Positions 39,859-53,684 of a DNA stretch of 64,000 nt are shown here, in pieces. The position numbers and the translations under genes were made by a program. Under the pieces are notes generated by a model. It saw nothing but the letters and a program-made list of their open reading frames with translations, searched no databases and was not told the DNA's origin. Origin of the DNA: Octopus vulgaris (Eukaryota); the NCBI GenBank assembly GCA_951406725.2, contig OX597816.1, forward strand, positions 44,082,001 to 44,146,000. The letters run 5' to 3'. Within the stretch, counting starts at the first letter, position 1, and every line of letters begins with the position of its first letter.

Positions 39859-39953
39859 AAACGACAGACTATGCTGATGATCTTGCAGATGTTCGCGTAT
39901 ACATATACGTGAATATTAACAAATGAAACTGATTAGTACATAGGTAATCGTTT
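39859..39953 (+). ncRNA. Extended type I hammerhead ribozyme
   Basis: AAACGA-caga-CTATG-CTGATGA(39874-80)-long stem II (GATGTTCGCGTAT/ATACGTGAATATT)-GAAA(39925-28)-CTGATTAG-TA|CATAG-gtaa-TCGTTT. Confidence 0.85.
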
Positions 39954-40199
39954 TTTATTTCGTATATTTTCATTTGTCTTGCTTATCTTTTACACTTTGG
40001 TTTTTGCTGAGTTTTTTCTTGAGAACACATTCTTCGTGGTAAATAGCGATTTTGACGTCTATATCTAGCATATTGACTGTCTACTTTTAGTGGTCTGTCC
40101 TTTAAATTTTGTATGTAAAAAATATTTTAATCTTCGTATTTTCTAATATGCTAGGCCACTGGTTTTAATTTATTAATATCAATTTCTACATTCATTCAT

Positions 40200-40203
<4 letters not shown>
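39859..40203 (+). mobile_element. (TA)n-flanked hammerhead element family P5
   Basis: Starts at the ribozyme and ends at (TA)n at 40204. Confidence 0.7.
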
Positions 40204-40240
<37 letters not shown>

Positions 40241-40246
<6 letters not shown>

Positions 40247-40333
40247 AATATGTTACATTATTGTATAGATAAATTTCCTCTATTTACATAACATTGAGGT
40301 CTCTTTCTTTCTTTTGTTATCTTACCGTTTTAT

Positions 40334-40336
<3 letters not shown>
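40241..40336 (+). mobile_element. Family P4 tail with a short inverted 5' stub, in (TA)n
   Basis: TACAATAAT..ATTATTGTA stub; remainder matches 36240-36310. Confidence 0.7.
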
Positions 40337-40406
<70 letters not shown>

Positions 40407-40483
40407 AACAAATCCATATATATATGTTTATATATAGGCATATATGTATATATGTATATACATGTATGTGTGTGTGTGTCAAG

Positions 40484-40670
40484 ACACATAGCCCAGTCGT
40501 TAGAATATCGGGTCACATTGATAACGTGGTGAATTTGATACCTGGACCGGGCTGTGTTATGTGTTCTTGAGCAAGACACTTTATTTTCCGTTGCTCCAAT
40601 TCACTTAGCTGTAGAAATAAGTTGCGACGTCACTAGTGCCAAGCTGTATCAGCCTCCCTTGGATAACATC
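40484..40670 (+). mobile_element. SINE family E, partial
   Basis: tgtgttcttgagcaagacactttatttt..gctgtagaaat..gcgacgtcac..gccaagctgtatc. Confidence 0.85.
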
Positions 40671-41631
40671 ATTCCCTGGAGATGGTGAGTCTGCTATACA
40701 GTTACTGAAATCGCATTGTTTCTGTATAAAATGATGGCCGCTGCAGTAGATTCATCCACGTGTCTCAAACGTTCACTCGGTCCGCGTTGTCGGCCCTATT
40801 TTTAACTATATGTGTCTCCCTTCATCTTGTAGTTTCTCTTTCACTTTCTGTATTTTTCCAACCAAAGATAAACGAACGTAATGATTAATAACATTTAGTT
40901 CATTTTCCATACATTTCAGTTAGTTTAATTATTCCAAATTTTTATACAATTCTTAAGAATTGAGCATACTTATGCGAAGGAGTGTTTATACTCTCATTTG
41001 TAACATTAGCCCATCATTTGTTTTGCAGGTGGAAGAAATATATCCGAACAAATATAATTTGAAATGGTACTTCACGAAATGGAAATACTTTTCTGTAGTT
41101 CTACAAAATAAAACGAATAATGGATCCATAATTCAAAAACTAATGAGAAATTATGTTTATTGATCACGTGACTGATTTAAAGAATACTGCGGGTTTTTTT
41201 AATTTTGTTTTGTGCGTTTTTTATTCTGAGGTGGACGAATTAAATTGGTGATGTAAACAAAAAGGTGTGAATTCGGGCGACGAAGAACCACATCAGACAA
41301 GACATCCAGCTGTGTATAACTACTTTTTCTCTGGGCAGGTTGACTTGCTGTCTTGGATTGCGGTTTCCCAGCTGCTGGGTTTGCAGAGTCGCGCTAGTAT
41401 CACGAGGCCGCCTTTTGCAACAATACCTATCTACAGACACTTCTAATCATCTATCCATCTATCTACCCATCCATACATACAGAAACGCACACAAATATAA
41501 TAAACATATATGTAAATATACATGCATATATAATATACACATACATATGTTTAGTAAATATGTATGTTTACACACACACACATACACACATACATATATA
41601 ATTCGATAAAGTATTATTACACTTATTAAAG

Positions 41632-41797
41632 AAGTGGCCAGCAAGTTTACCGTATATAGGTTAAATCTAATATACAAATAAATAGTGTGTGTCTTAATAA
41701 TACAATGTTAACACCTATCACAAGCAAATGGTATTCCGGCAGCCTACTTTATTTATTTGTATATTTTATCTATATAGTTTAAAATTGCTGGCCACTT
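41632..41797. repeat. Imperfect inverted repeat (arms about 50 bp) abutting (TTA)n
   Basis: aagtggccagcaa..atatacaaataaata (41632-84) versus tatttatttgtatat..ttgctggccactt (41750-97). Confidence 0.8.
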
Positions 41798-41839
41798 TAT
41801 TATTATTATTATGTTTATTATTATTATTATTACTATTAC

Positions 41840-41894
<55 letters not shown>

Positions 41895-41931
41895 TCAATA
41901 ATGGTAATAGTACTCTATTCAATTTTATGTT

Positions 41932-41986
41932 GTACTGAACGCGGAACCACGCAGTTGGGAATCAAGCATCTTACCACGCAGCCAAT

Positions 41987-41988
<2 letters not shown>
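41932..41988 (-). mobile_element. SINE family A head fragment
   Basis: actgaacgcggaaccacgcagttggg..cttaccacgcagcca. Confidence 0.7.
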
Positions 41989-42049
<61 letters not shown>

Positions 42050-42051
<2 letters not shown>

Positions 42052-42564
42052 GAGCAAAACGCCCCCAATGGACGGTGCTGAGTTGTCAAACATTTAAACC
42101 AAATGTTCTCAAAACAACTTGTCCGACCATTCCCATAGGCCTCCCCTTTGAGAAACACTGATTTAACCTAAATTTGAGATACCGGCAAAAGAAGAAATAA
42201 AGATAGACTTTTTCTATTCCAAAGAAAAACGGTTTTATTCACACAAATATGCAACCGAAGAGTTTAAAGTACCAGTAATGATAAGGCTGTTGACTGGAAG
42301 AACACAAACATGGTTTAAATAGTAATCTCGGCAGGAAAGAAACATACCCTTAAGCAGTACAAAAACAAAAAATGGAAGTTGACGGAAGGAAAGCAAGACA
42401 AAAACGGCTTTATCGATCGCATTCTCACTTGGAATCGATTTTTGTAATTTTTTAAAGACTTATACACGCCTTGATACCGTCGGTATCTGCATATCAAATT
42501 TGCGCGCAATCGGATGGAGGATGCCCGAGATCATGGAAGACACACACACAGACAGACAGAACGG

Positions 42565-42575
<11 letters not shown>
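42050..42575 (-). mobile_element. Non-autonomous Helitron-like element in (TA)n
   Basis: Minus-strand 5' tatataaaaatccgttctgtctgtctgtgtg..ccgattgcgcgcaaatttg; 3' hairpin CGTCC/GGGCG then TTTTG-CTCG-T (CTAG-like end). Confidence 0.6.
42100..42160. mobile_element. 61 bp hAT-like mini-MITE nested in the Helitron-like element
   Basis: TIRs CAAATGTTCTCAAA and TTTGAGAAACACTG; 8 bp flanks ATTTAAAC and ATTTAACC. Confidence 0.65.
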
Positions 42576-42628
<53 letters not shown>

Positions 42629-42799
42629 TGTATGTATGTATGTAAAAATATGTGCATGAAACTTTGCAGGAATATCAATACATATCCACTTGGACACTTA
42701 CCCCACCGCCCGGGGCTAGTAGAATAATTATAAATGGATAACCGGAGGTCCATAATACACATGTATATATGTATGTATGTATATATATATATATATATA

Positions 42800-42990
42800 A
42801 AGGGAGAGTTTACGAAAATAAACAAAAGACGAAGGCAGGTGGTGTACAAACAAACAGATGTATTAATATAGCGCTCAAGAATAGAAAAAGTCTTTTACGT
42901 TTCGAGCCTACGCTCTTCTACAGAAAGGGTCACAGAAAAAGCAAGGGGAAACAAGGAGAGAAAAAAATGTGTCTAGTAGCTATCGATGAC
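42800..42990 (-). mobile_element. Family P3 element with minimal hammerhead (42892-42927)
   Basis: Minus strand CTTT-CTGTAGA-A-GAGC-gtag-GCTC-GAAA-CG-TA|AAAG; 3' end abuts (TA)n. Confidence 0.78.
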
Positions 42991-43021
42991 ATATACAAAT
43001 ATGTGTGTGTGTTTATGTTTA

Positions 43022-43255
43022 TTATTTCTTTATTACCTACAAGCGGCTAAACATAGAGGGGACAAAGAACGACAGACAAACGGTTTAAGTCGATTACATC
43101 GACCGCAGTGCGTAACTGGTACTTAATTTTTCGACCCCGAAAGAATGAAAAGTAAAGTCGACCTCGGCGAAATTTGAACTCAGAACGCAGCGGCGGACGA
43201 AATGCCACAAAGCATTTCGCCCGGCGTGCTAACGTTTCTGCCAGCTCGCCGCCTT
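43022..43255 (-). mobile_element. SINE family B
   Basis: Reverse-complement family match. Confidence 0.92.
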
Positions 43256-43992
43256 ATGTGTGTGTTTATGTTTGTGTGCGTGTATTTATATCTATGTGCA
43301 TATGCACGCGCGTTAGTGTGCGTGTGTGTGTGTGTGTATTTGTGTGTGTGTGTGCGTGCATGTGTGTATATGCAATGATATTTTCACTCCTGTTTCTCAT
43401 GTTCCTGAATATTAGAAAGTCAATAGAATTCGTTGCGTGTAATTTTACTCGCAGAAAAAAATTATCCCTCCAAATGCTATAGACAGAAAGTTTTAAACAT
43501 AAATACAGATATTATCATTTAAATATTCCTCACTTCATGAGCCCATATAGAACATATGTTTGCGTATGTGCGTGTACATGTATGTATGTGTGTGTGTCTG
43601 CGCGCGCCCGAACGGTTGGGTGTGTGCCTGAAGCTATATGACAATAAAATAATCCCTTTGGAATAATATTAAAAGATTTTTCGCTGAGTAAATGTGGATG
43701 ATAAGAGATTACCTTACTTATCGTATCAAATTATTTTCTAACACGGAAATATATTAAAAATAATCATATTAGACAACTATTAAACAGAAAACAGTGCTGC
43801 AGAAATATATATATGTGTGTGTGTGTGTGTGTATGTGTGTGTGTGAGTGTGTGTGTATCGACGTGTGTGTGTGTGTATGTGTGTGTGTGTATGTGTGTGT
43901 GTGAGAGTGTGTGTATGCATGTATGTTTGTTTGCATATCTATATATCTATTCAAATCTCTATCTATCTATCCATCTATCAATTTATCTATCT

Positions 43993-44057
<65 letters not shown>

Positions 44058-44347
44058 TGCTTACATCTATGTATGTAGCATCCAATTTATATTTATGTGC
44101 GTATGTTCTTACAAACATATGCATCCATATATGTCTGTGTGTGTGAGTGAGTGTATGGCTGTTTGTGTGTTTGTGTGTGTATGTACATGTATGTATTTAA
44201 GTGTATATGTATATATTAGATGCATTGTAAACAAAATGGATAATCTATCTAGGCATATTTATTTTTAAAATACTTAGGCATGTGGTGTGTGTATTCGCAC
44301 TGTGTGTGTGTGTGTGTGTGTGTGTGCCTGTGTGTCTGTGTGTCTGT

Positions 44348-44386
<39 letters not shown>

Positions 44387-44646
44387 AGGGAGTTTATATA
44401 TATATTATTTAAACAGCTGATCAGATAATCAATCTGAATACCTATTTTGTAAAAACATATATTTATTTTTTTACCTCAGGCAGAATACAATTTCGATGAG
44501 ATAAACTTATGTGAATATATATTCTCAAGTGTTTTTGACGTGGATGTATGCGTATATATATATATATATATGTGTTAACATATGTAAAACAATGTACATT
44601 ACTGAAAGAAAGAAGAATGCCTAGTGTTAAGAAAAAATCAGTTTTG

Positions 44647-44690
<44 letters not shown>

Positions 44691-45020
44691 CACACACATA
44701 TATTCGTGCTCCATGTATAATCAGTCTATTAGCCTCATACGTAAATTCGAATTCAATCATTTTCAAAAAAACAACGATAGGAATCTCTCAAGTGTGAGAT
44801 TCTGTATAAAGAAAAAAAGGCTCAGTTTATTATTTTTTCCATGAATAGATATACGTAGATTCCATACGCAGATTTCATAGTTATTAAATGCAAGGTTTCT
44901 TCATACACGCAGTAGAAGGTATAGAATGCCGGCACCTGCATATACATATCACTTACCTTATGCATGATATATTATGCATATAGATATACAGTGATGTGCA
45001 TTTGTATTTATGTATGAATG

Positions 45021-45113
<93 letters not shown>

Positions 45114-45382
45114 ATATGTATGTATCTATGTATGTGTATATGTGTAAATATACATATATTTGTGTAAGTGTATACCCTTTTCCTTCTGCAGACCATTATA
45201 TACACACAAACACACACACACACACGCACACACACACACCGACACACATACACACACATATACACATGCACATGCATCTTTGCAGCAATGTCGATTCATA
45301 CATATTGTCACGCATGTACAGTCTCTGTTTATATAATTATTAAGTCTCACAGGTGGTCTTCCCGGGCTTTATTGGAATAAAT

Positions 45383-45734
45383 AAGGGCCTCTCAACAATG
45401 TTTTTTGTTTTAATCTATGCATCCCTTTGGTTTTTTATTTTCTCCAGGTGGATACCTATACCCATTGAATGTTTAAAATTAGTTTTATAGACACCTTTCA
45501 AATTCCTTACTTTGTTTTAACACATTACCTTTTGTATGTTGAACTATGAAAAATATAAGAGGAAAACAAACGAGCAATTTCTTGCAATATATACCAATAC
45601 ATACATCTAACATGTTTTCGGGGGCCCTTAAAATCCTGTTGTTGATCCTCAATTTACTATTTTATCATGTGGATCTCCAAAAATCTTATATGGACCCACA
45701 GGTGTCATGTATAAACGCCAGTTGAGAAACACTG
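45383..45734. mobile_element. Possible decayed hAT-like MITE
   Basis: Right end GTTGAGAAACACTG, left end AAGGGCCTCTCAAC; flanks are only 5/8 identical. Confidence 0.4.
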
Positions 45735-47069
45735 GAACAACGGTTGGCTTCTAAATGGTGAGAATTGTTATTATTATAGATGTTGGATGATGCTCGTTCC
45801 TCTAGTGTAGGTCTAGTTTTGTTTTAGCGTCGATTATTCGGCAACTACTAACTTTTGGAAGTCTTAGGCGGCTTCTTGTACAATGCAGTGTCCATTCATA
45901 GCAGAAATTATTTTCGAGACTACGATTTTGTTTCAGTGATGATAACAGATTGAAATTACTTATCTGAAAGTTTCGCTGATGTTAGCAGTATGAAAGTAGA
46001 CATATTTTGAAAGAATACTCTGTGTAGCAGTTCCTATAAGCGCATACACGGTAGTTCGGTAGTTACGTTCTCCGTAGGAGCAAGGAGTGTTTTGCTTTTT
46101 TTTTTTTATCGCAGAACGTTTTTGAATATAGTAGGCATGTCATTATCCAGCATCAAAATCTTTAAATTATTGCAAGAAAATAAGGTAGTGCTTCATTTTC
46201 TTTGTACCTGAAAGTGTTTATACGTTTAGTGAATATCCCTTTGCGGTTATTGGTTATGATTAAGGTGTAGCTCCTCAGAAAACCATTTACATTTAAATGG
46301 AAGATTATCTTCATTGAACAGGTGTATAGATTTTAGCATATACAGGTAGTTGCCTGTATGAAGGTGAAGTAGGTGTATAATTTTTCTGTCTTCAGTAGCG
46401 AGCGGTATTTGAATCGATGTTGTCTATACAAGACTAGATAACCTTAATCGTCTGCGCATTAAAATCTTGTAATATGTATGCGCTAGGCTTGTGAAAATAA
46501 TAAGGAAAGAAAACTTAAACAGAATTACCGTAAATTTAACTAAGAATTTTCATTTCAATGGAATTTTTAACGGAGGGATTCGCTAGTCCAAGTCTTACTC
46601 CAGATTCGTCTTCTTTCCTTTACATATCCAGTAGTCGTTGGATAATGAAGTAGCGTCGAATTCCAGAATATATTCTAAGACCCTCAACTGGTTAAAAGAA
46701 CGTATCCGACCAACGCTAATACATTTCTTTACATGTAGCGTCCCAAACACCCGAAAAGGCCTACCTTTTGCATTTGAGAAACATAACAGACATCAAACAT
46801 TTGGTAGAAATTTTTGATCAAATGCTAAGCGATTTCCGTCTCTGTTTATCTATCTATCTGACGGTCTGTCTGTCTATCTATCTATCTAGCTAGCTAGCTA
46901 GCTAACTAACTAACTAACTAACTATATATCTATCTATCTTTCTCTCAGTCTTGTTATCTTTCTCACTTTTCCTCTCTTTCACTCTCTTTCTCTCTCTTTT
47001 TCATATGTATATATATATATATATATTGATATTTATGCGTGCATACATACACACACTCATACGCATATG

Positions 47070-47449
47070 CTCTTTTATTCTTTTATTTGTTTTAGTTATT
47101 TGACACCGGCTATACTGGAGTACCGCCTTAAAGGGTTTTAGCAGAAGAAATGGACCCCATGAATTCTTCTCTGTAAGCGTAGAACTTATTCTACCTGTCA
47201 CTTTTGCTGCTAAGTTAAGGGGATGTAAACATACCAGCATCGGTTGTCAAGTGATGGTAGGGGCACAACACAGACACACATACATATACACATATATGAC
47301 AGGCTTCTTTCTATCTACCAAATCCACACACAAGGCTTTAGTCGGCCCGAGGCCATAGTAGAAGACACCCAAGTTGCAACGTGGTGGGACTGAATCCGGA
47401 ACCATGTGGTTGGAAAGCAGGCTTCTTACCACACAGCCACTCTGCGCCT
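47070..47449 (-). mobile_element. SINE family A, diverged
   Basis: Reverse-complement family match. Confidence 0.9.
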
Positions 47450-47450
47450 C

Positions 47451-47481
<31 letters not shown>

Positions 47482-47558
47482 CTTGTATATATATATAAAT
47501 ACATACATATTTATACATATATATGTATGTATGTATGTATATATATATGTATATATGC

Positions 47559-47607
<49 letters not shown>

Positions 47608-47653
47608 TTTATATATGTATATATATGTATATATATATATACATATATATATA

Positions 47654-47696
<43 letters not shown>

Positions 47697-47922
47697 AAAT
47701 ATATACATGCATGCATGTTTGTTTGTGTATGTACGTATGCATAAATATCAATATATATGCACATACATATATGCATATATATATATATAGGGAGAACGTG
47801 TGAGAAAGAGAGGATAAGGGCGAAAGACATCGAAACATACACACGTACTTTTATATATATATATATGTGTGTATATATATATATATATATAAATATATGC
47901 ATGTGTGTGTGTATACACACAC

Positions 47923-47968
<46 letters not shown>

Positions 47969-49036
47969 ATGCATATGTATATGCATATACATATATATGT
48001 CTGTATATATGTATCTTCATCTATGCACACATAGACATACAGACATAAAAACATATATTAATATACATAGAGGCATCCGTGCCCACACATCATGTTAGTG
48101 CTTTAAAGAAATTGTCTCCTGTGTTAGACTCTGTGTGTTTATGACTGTGTGTGTATATGTGTGTCTGCAGTAATTTAATCCTGTTCTATTATTCTGTCGA
48201 GTCTTCAGAGGATTATTCTATTTCCATGACTACATCTAAAACTTAATATTGATTTTGTTTTCAAGGTTTCTACTTTTCCACAGGATGGGGCATTTTTTAT
48301 CTTTCCGAAGGTGCGGAATTTGCGCAGAGTTTCTGTTGTTGGATGTAGTATTAGCATAAATGATAATTAACCTCCTAGATCTACTATGATCGTTCAAACC
48401 CCATATATGGTTTGAGTGTGCTGTATCTTTCTATTGTTTTACATGCTTAAATAATCGTTCTTGAAATAGTCCTTATACTCCAAGATTAAATATTGAAAGA
48501 GTTTTTATCGTGTTCACTTAGATAGTAGCTTGGTTGATCAGTAACTTAGCTCTGCGTAATTTGTCCAAAAAATATGGTTCCTTATGTCATATACAGCCAA
48601 ATCCTTTCTTCTTATATTAAGCGGTGTATTTTGATAACCGTCCACGGAAATGTTTTAGGGACTTGGGGCTTTCTACGGGGCTTACAATATCTATATTACT
48701 GAGACATTCGTATTTGTTGTCTGGAAATATTTACCTGTAGACATAATTATCCCAAAGTAATTATTCGGCAAAATCACAACACAGCTACAGTTGTTTCATT
48801 AAGAGAAGAAGTACCCTTACTGGCAATAGGTCTCCTTTGTTATCTGAGAGTCATCCACATGCATTTAATGGACCATTTGATGAAACTAAGAAGACATAAA
48901 ACTATTTTCAAACAAATTTTTCGAAATAATCTGCAATTCTAGGATAACAGATATAATGAACACAATTCCTTATAAATAAGATAAACCCAATGACATTGTT
49001 TGTGCGTCTCTATTTGTAATTGTGTACGTAAGTATA

Positions 49037-49245
49037 TAAAGTTAATTCAAACATGAAAACACAAAGAGAAAACACAACGACGCGAGGACGTGGAACAAAT
49101 ATAGTATTATTGGACGCTCAGGAAGGAAGGGAAGAAGGAGGGTTTAACGTCTCGAGCGGAGCTCTTCGTCAGAAACATAGGAAAAGGAAAAATCCAGAAA
49201 ATGGAAGACGGAGGAAAAAATCGCCAACGGTACACACGCGGTCAC
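49037..49245 (-). mobile_element. P3-related element with minimal hammerhead (49142-49176)
   Basis: Minus strand GTTT-CTGACGA-A-GAGC-tcc-GCTC-GAGA-CG-TT|AAAC, with one substitution in GAAA. Confidence 0.75.
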
Positions 49246-49255
49246 ACACACTCAC

Positions 49256-49315
<60 letters not shown>

Positions 49316-50005
49316 GTGTATGTATGTATGTATGTATGTGTGTGTGTATTGATAGGTAGATAGATAGATAGATATATAGATTGATATTCATACATTCATA
49401 TATTCATTTATTCAAACCGGTCAATGCGATTATATTTTCGTTTCCAGCAATGTGAGAGAGAAATACGGAATACAACAAAGTGATAAACATATCAAAATAT
49501 CATAACTCAGAATATATATATTTATGTATTTAGATATGTGTGTGTTTATGTGCGAATGCACGCGACGTGTGGGAGAGTGAGATAAAGACAGAGAAAAAGA
49601 AAAAGAGAGAAAGAGAAAGAGAGAGAAGAGGACATGGAAGTGGGAGAGAACAGACAACCTAACATTGAGACAGATACATGGACAGACGAAGACAAAGGCT
49701 AAAGACAAAGAGTACAGAATTGTATAAATTATGAAAAAAAAAGCCAATAAAATGAAGTCCGCATTCCTGTCTGTGTGTCTACTTAAAATTTGCAGCCATG
49801 TTCAATTTTATTAAATTAATATGAACACTTAATGGTAAAATAGATTCTAATTTACCTATTAAAGCTTCTACCAAGAACTGAATTATCGTATTTACCCTGG
49901 AGAAAGAGAAAGAGAGAGAAAGAGAGAGTCCTTATATCTCCTGTGACGTTCGATTATGTCCTTATATTGTTTCAATGCTTACATATACAAATGTTATAAT
50001 CTAAT

Positions 50006-50209
50006 AAGGCGGCGAGCTGGCAGAATCGTTAGCACGCCGGACGAAATGGTTAGCGGTATTTCGTCTGCCGTTACGTTCTGAGTTCAAATTCCGCTGAGGT
50101 CGACTTTGCCTTTCATCCTTTCGGGGCCGATTAAATAAGTACAAGTTACGCACTGGTGTCGTTGTAATCGACTTAATCCGTTTGTTTGTCCTCTTTGTGT
50201 TTAGCCCCC
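50006..50209 (+). mobile_element. SINE family B
   Basis: aggcggcgagctggcagaatcgttagcacgccgg. Confidence 0.92.
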
Positions 50210-51296
50210 TGAGAAAAAAGGTAGATTGAACCACTTCTGTCACTGCCTACCATATCCAGACCTCTCAATGCTGTTGTTGAGATCCATATCAGTCCTTCTT
50301 CGACGGACTTATGATTAAAAGGACTCCAGCTTTGACCATCCTGCTGCTTCGTAAATCAGGAGCCACCGCATGTAATGCGACCCTTTTTTAACGACAGTTA
50401 AGTGTGAGTGATTTAAAAACAGTCTGGTTTTAACAGCCAATCATGTAATTAGATGAAATATCTAATTCTGCATTTCTTTACCCGAAGGAAATTTTCCATT
50501 TGGTGTAAATTTCATGATTCCAGCGGGAAAAGAGGGACACTCCAGCTGGTAAATTGTTGAAAAATTGAGAAATATTTTATCGTTATTCACACTGTTTCTG
50601 CTAGATTCCTTTTTTATTTTATGATAGTTTCAATGTTGTTATTGTTGAATGAACATTTTATTGTTTTTGTTAAGAATGCTTGGTGACTGATAAATTCAAA
50701 TGAATTTCTTTGATGTCATTGATTATGCTTTCTGAACGTGACCGTTGTTGTTTATGGTCATACGTGGAGGGTAATCGGAATGGGGAGCTCATATAAGGGA
50801 TAAGGGAATACAGAAAAACTATTAGGGAACGCAAATCTAATTAATACTTAATTAAAGTTAAAGAATTACACAGATAAATGCCTCAATCTCTGACACCAGA
50901 CGCCAAGAAGATGACTTTTCGTATCAATTCCACACGCACAACATTGACTGAATTGATCGAAGTTCCAATGTGTCTCTATAGAAATGAACGAAAGGAAATA
51001 AGGGTAAGATAATAGGGTCACTTATGGAAAGTATAAAGCAACAGACAGGGAAGTCTTTAAGGGGTAGCTGTGTGAGTCACGCTACTGATATCCCACACTG
51101 CCCATACTCAAGCCAATTAGTTCTCAAATGGATAAGTCAACCTTTTAAAAATGTATAACTCGGTCGGTCCCTTGATGATTCGAAACCAACTTGTCTAGGA
51201 TTCTAGGTACACTGCAGAAATGGACCTACACGCACATCACAACACCCACATATCACAACGCTCATACACATAGTAAAATATACAGAGACAGACAGG

Positions 51297-51358
<62 letters not shown>

Positions 51359-51380
51359 CATATATATATTTATACATATA

Positions 51381-51534
51381 TACGACGGGCTTCTTTCAGT
51401 TTCCGTAAACCAAATCCACTCACAAGGTCGGCCCGAGGCTATAGTAGAAGGCACTTGCCCAAGGTTTCACGCAGTGGGACTGAACCCGGAACCATATGGT
51501 TGCGAAGCAAGCTACTTACTACACAGCCACTCCT
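51381..51534 (-). mobile_element. SINE family A, 5' half
   Basis: Reverse-complement head and body up to the internal microsatellite. Confidence 0.9.
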
Positions 51535-52261
51535 ACGATTGTGAATTCCCATTACCAATTTCTTTCAAAAACCGATTTATGTGTGCCAAGCTTCTTAATT
51601 GACAATCAGATAGCTAAACCTCAGAAGCATTCGTCAGAGTGAACGTGAATTTCACTTTGAATGTCGTCATGGTTTCAAGTTTAAACTATAAAATACATTT
51701 CCTCTTTAGACAGTCAAGGCGCGTGGACGTTTGGATTTTCATCATGAATTTGTCACTTGAATTCCTGGACAGAGCAGAGCATAATGTTCTTGAGCATGGC
51801 ATTTCATTTGATGCGGCTCCCATTTAAGTTTCCTCAAAATGAATACTAGCAGGGTGCCGTTGGAGCTTTCTTACCCCCCAGCTATCAAAACCTTGATATG
51901 CTGCTAGATCGAGAGCGTGACTTCGTCTATACGCTACCGTAAAAAGCCACTAAAATAATGAGCATAAACGTGTTTCACGTTGCCAGGTCATAATCGGGTA
52001 CAGGTGACGAGTGACTGTACTACACTTCAAAATAAGTCGACTGTTATATATGTTGCATGTTGATATATTTGGTTTGTGTTTTTTTAAAAAATAAAGCAAC
52101 AATCAGTAAAACAAAATACATTTGTTTCGTCCAGAGACATGTCAGGTAGTAATAAAGAATAGCCTTATTATGTAGAGATACATAGAGAGAAATATATAGA
52201 AATATATATAAGGGTTGAGAGATAACCCGACCGATACAAGCTTTTCTTTATCGTGGATGAG

Positions 52262-52627
52262 ACGATAATGAAGCAGGGTTAGTAGTAATGGTCATAAGGG
52301 GGAGGAGGAGGAGGAGGAGAGGGACGAGGAAGGTGAAGAAGATGATAATGATGATGACTGTGGTCGTGATAAATCATGTGACAGTGAAATGAAAAAAATT
52401 AATATGGAGATTATTATGAGGATGGCAATGACTATGATGATGATGATTATGATGATAATGCTGTGGAGAATCAACATGGTAATGATGGTACATAAGGCAT
52501 AGATGGCGATGTTAGATGGTGAAGGTGGAGAGAAGCTTGCGTGGTTGCGATGGTGATGAATATGCCGAAGTTGGCGTAGATAATGATGATGAATGACGAT
52601 AGCGATGATGACAAAGACGATGACGAC

Positions 52628-52658
<31 letters not shown>

Positions 52659-52800
52659 CCACTGATAATAGTAATGGCTTTGGTGGCGGTGTTTCGACTG
52701 ATTGTAGTAATGGGGAGGTCTTCGCCGTGGTCGTCATCGTATTATAGTTGGCTTTGATGTGTAGATGTATTGGTGATGGTTTTAATGTTTTGATGGCACC
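52262..52800. repeat. Decayed (GAT)n/(GGT)n/(GAG)n low-complexity tract
   Basis: Direct inspection; a similar tract lies at about 57360-57560. Confidence 0.85.
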
Positions 52801-52960
52801 AAGTTGATAGTGGGTGATAGGAGCAATAAAATGGCCGTTTATCTTTAAAGCATCTCAGTACATACACACACACACACGTATATATATATGTGTATAAATG
52901 AATACATATGTGTATGTATGTCTATGTATTATATGTATTATATATTTCGTAAACCTTCTG

Positions 52961-52995
<35 letters not shown>

Positions 52996-53684
52996 AATAT
53001 ATGTGTGTATTATGTATTGTACGTATATATATATTTATATATGCATCTAGGTATGCATGTGTGTATGTATATATGAAATGTAGGTATGTGTCAGCGTAGA
53101 TGTGTATGAAAACAATGTCACACATACAAATAAACATTTTATATGAAATATATATGCATACACAGAGATGAGCTCAAACATCCATATATACATTCCATTA
53201 TATTTATGCACTGATAGAAGCAAACAATACATACATACATGCGTACATATAAGCATATATATATATAAACATAGATACGTGCGTATTGATACAAATGCAC
53301 ATGAAAATATACTTTCAAAGAAACACACGAATCGTAAGTACATACACCTTGTACATTCACAAAAAGTATTCTTGAATACATAGAGACAAGCCCTTTCATA
53401 CCTGAATACATGCGTTACATTTATACGTTCATAGACACCTATATGCATTAGTATATAGGTAGGCAACGCTCCCACGCATTAAATATTTATAGATGTATAC
53501 ATAAAGAAATACATATTCGTACAGCTATGACGCTAAAACTCTCACTGACGTTCACAAGGACAATTCCATGCACACATAATCGTGTATACATTTGAGCGTA
53601 TACATACATACATACAGCAGAGGCGAGGTGTACATGCACACATGCATGTATTAAGATATAATTTCATAAAGTAAATTAATATAT

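Noticed and set aside
39864-39888. TDYADDLA reverse transcriptase motif
   Set aside because: No flanking RT homology; better explained as a hammerhead core.
42700-42720. CCCC..GGGG-CTAGT resembling a Helitron 3' end
   Set aside because: Too short, with no spacer or matching 5' end identified.
52292-52737. Ser/Ile- or Asp-rich ORFs
   Set aside because: Decayed trinucleotide low-complexity DNA with stops in the acidic frame.
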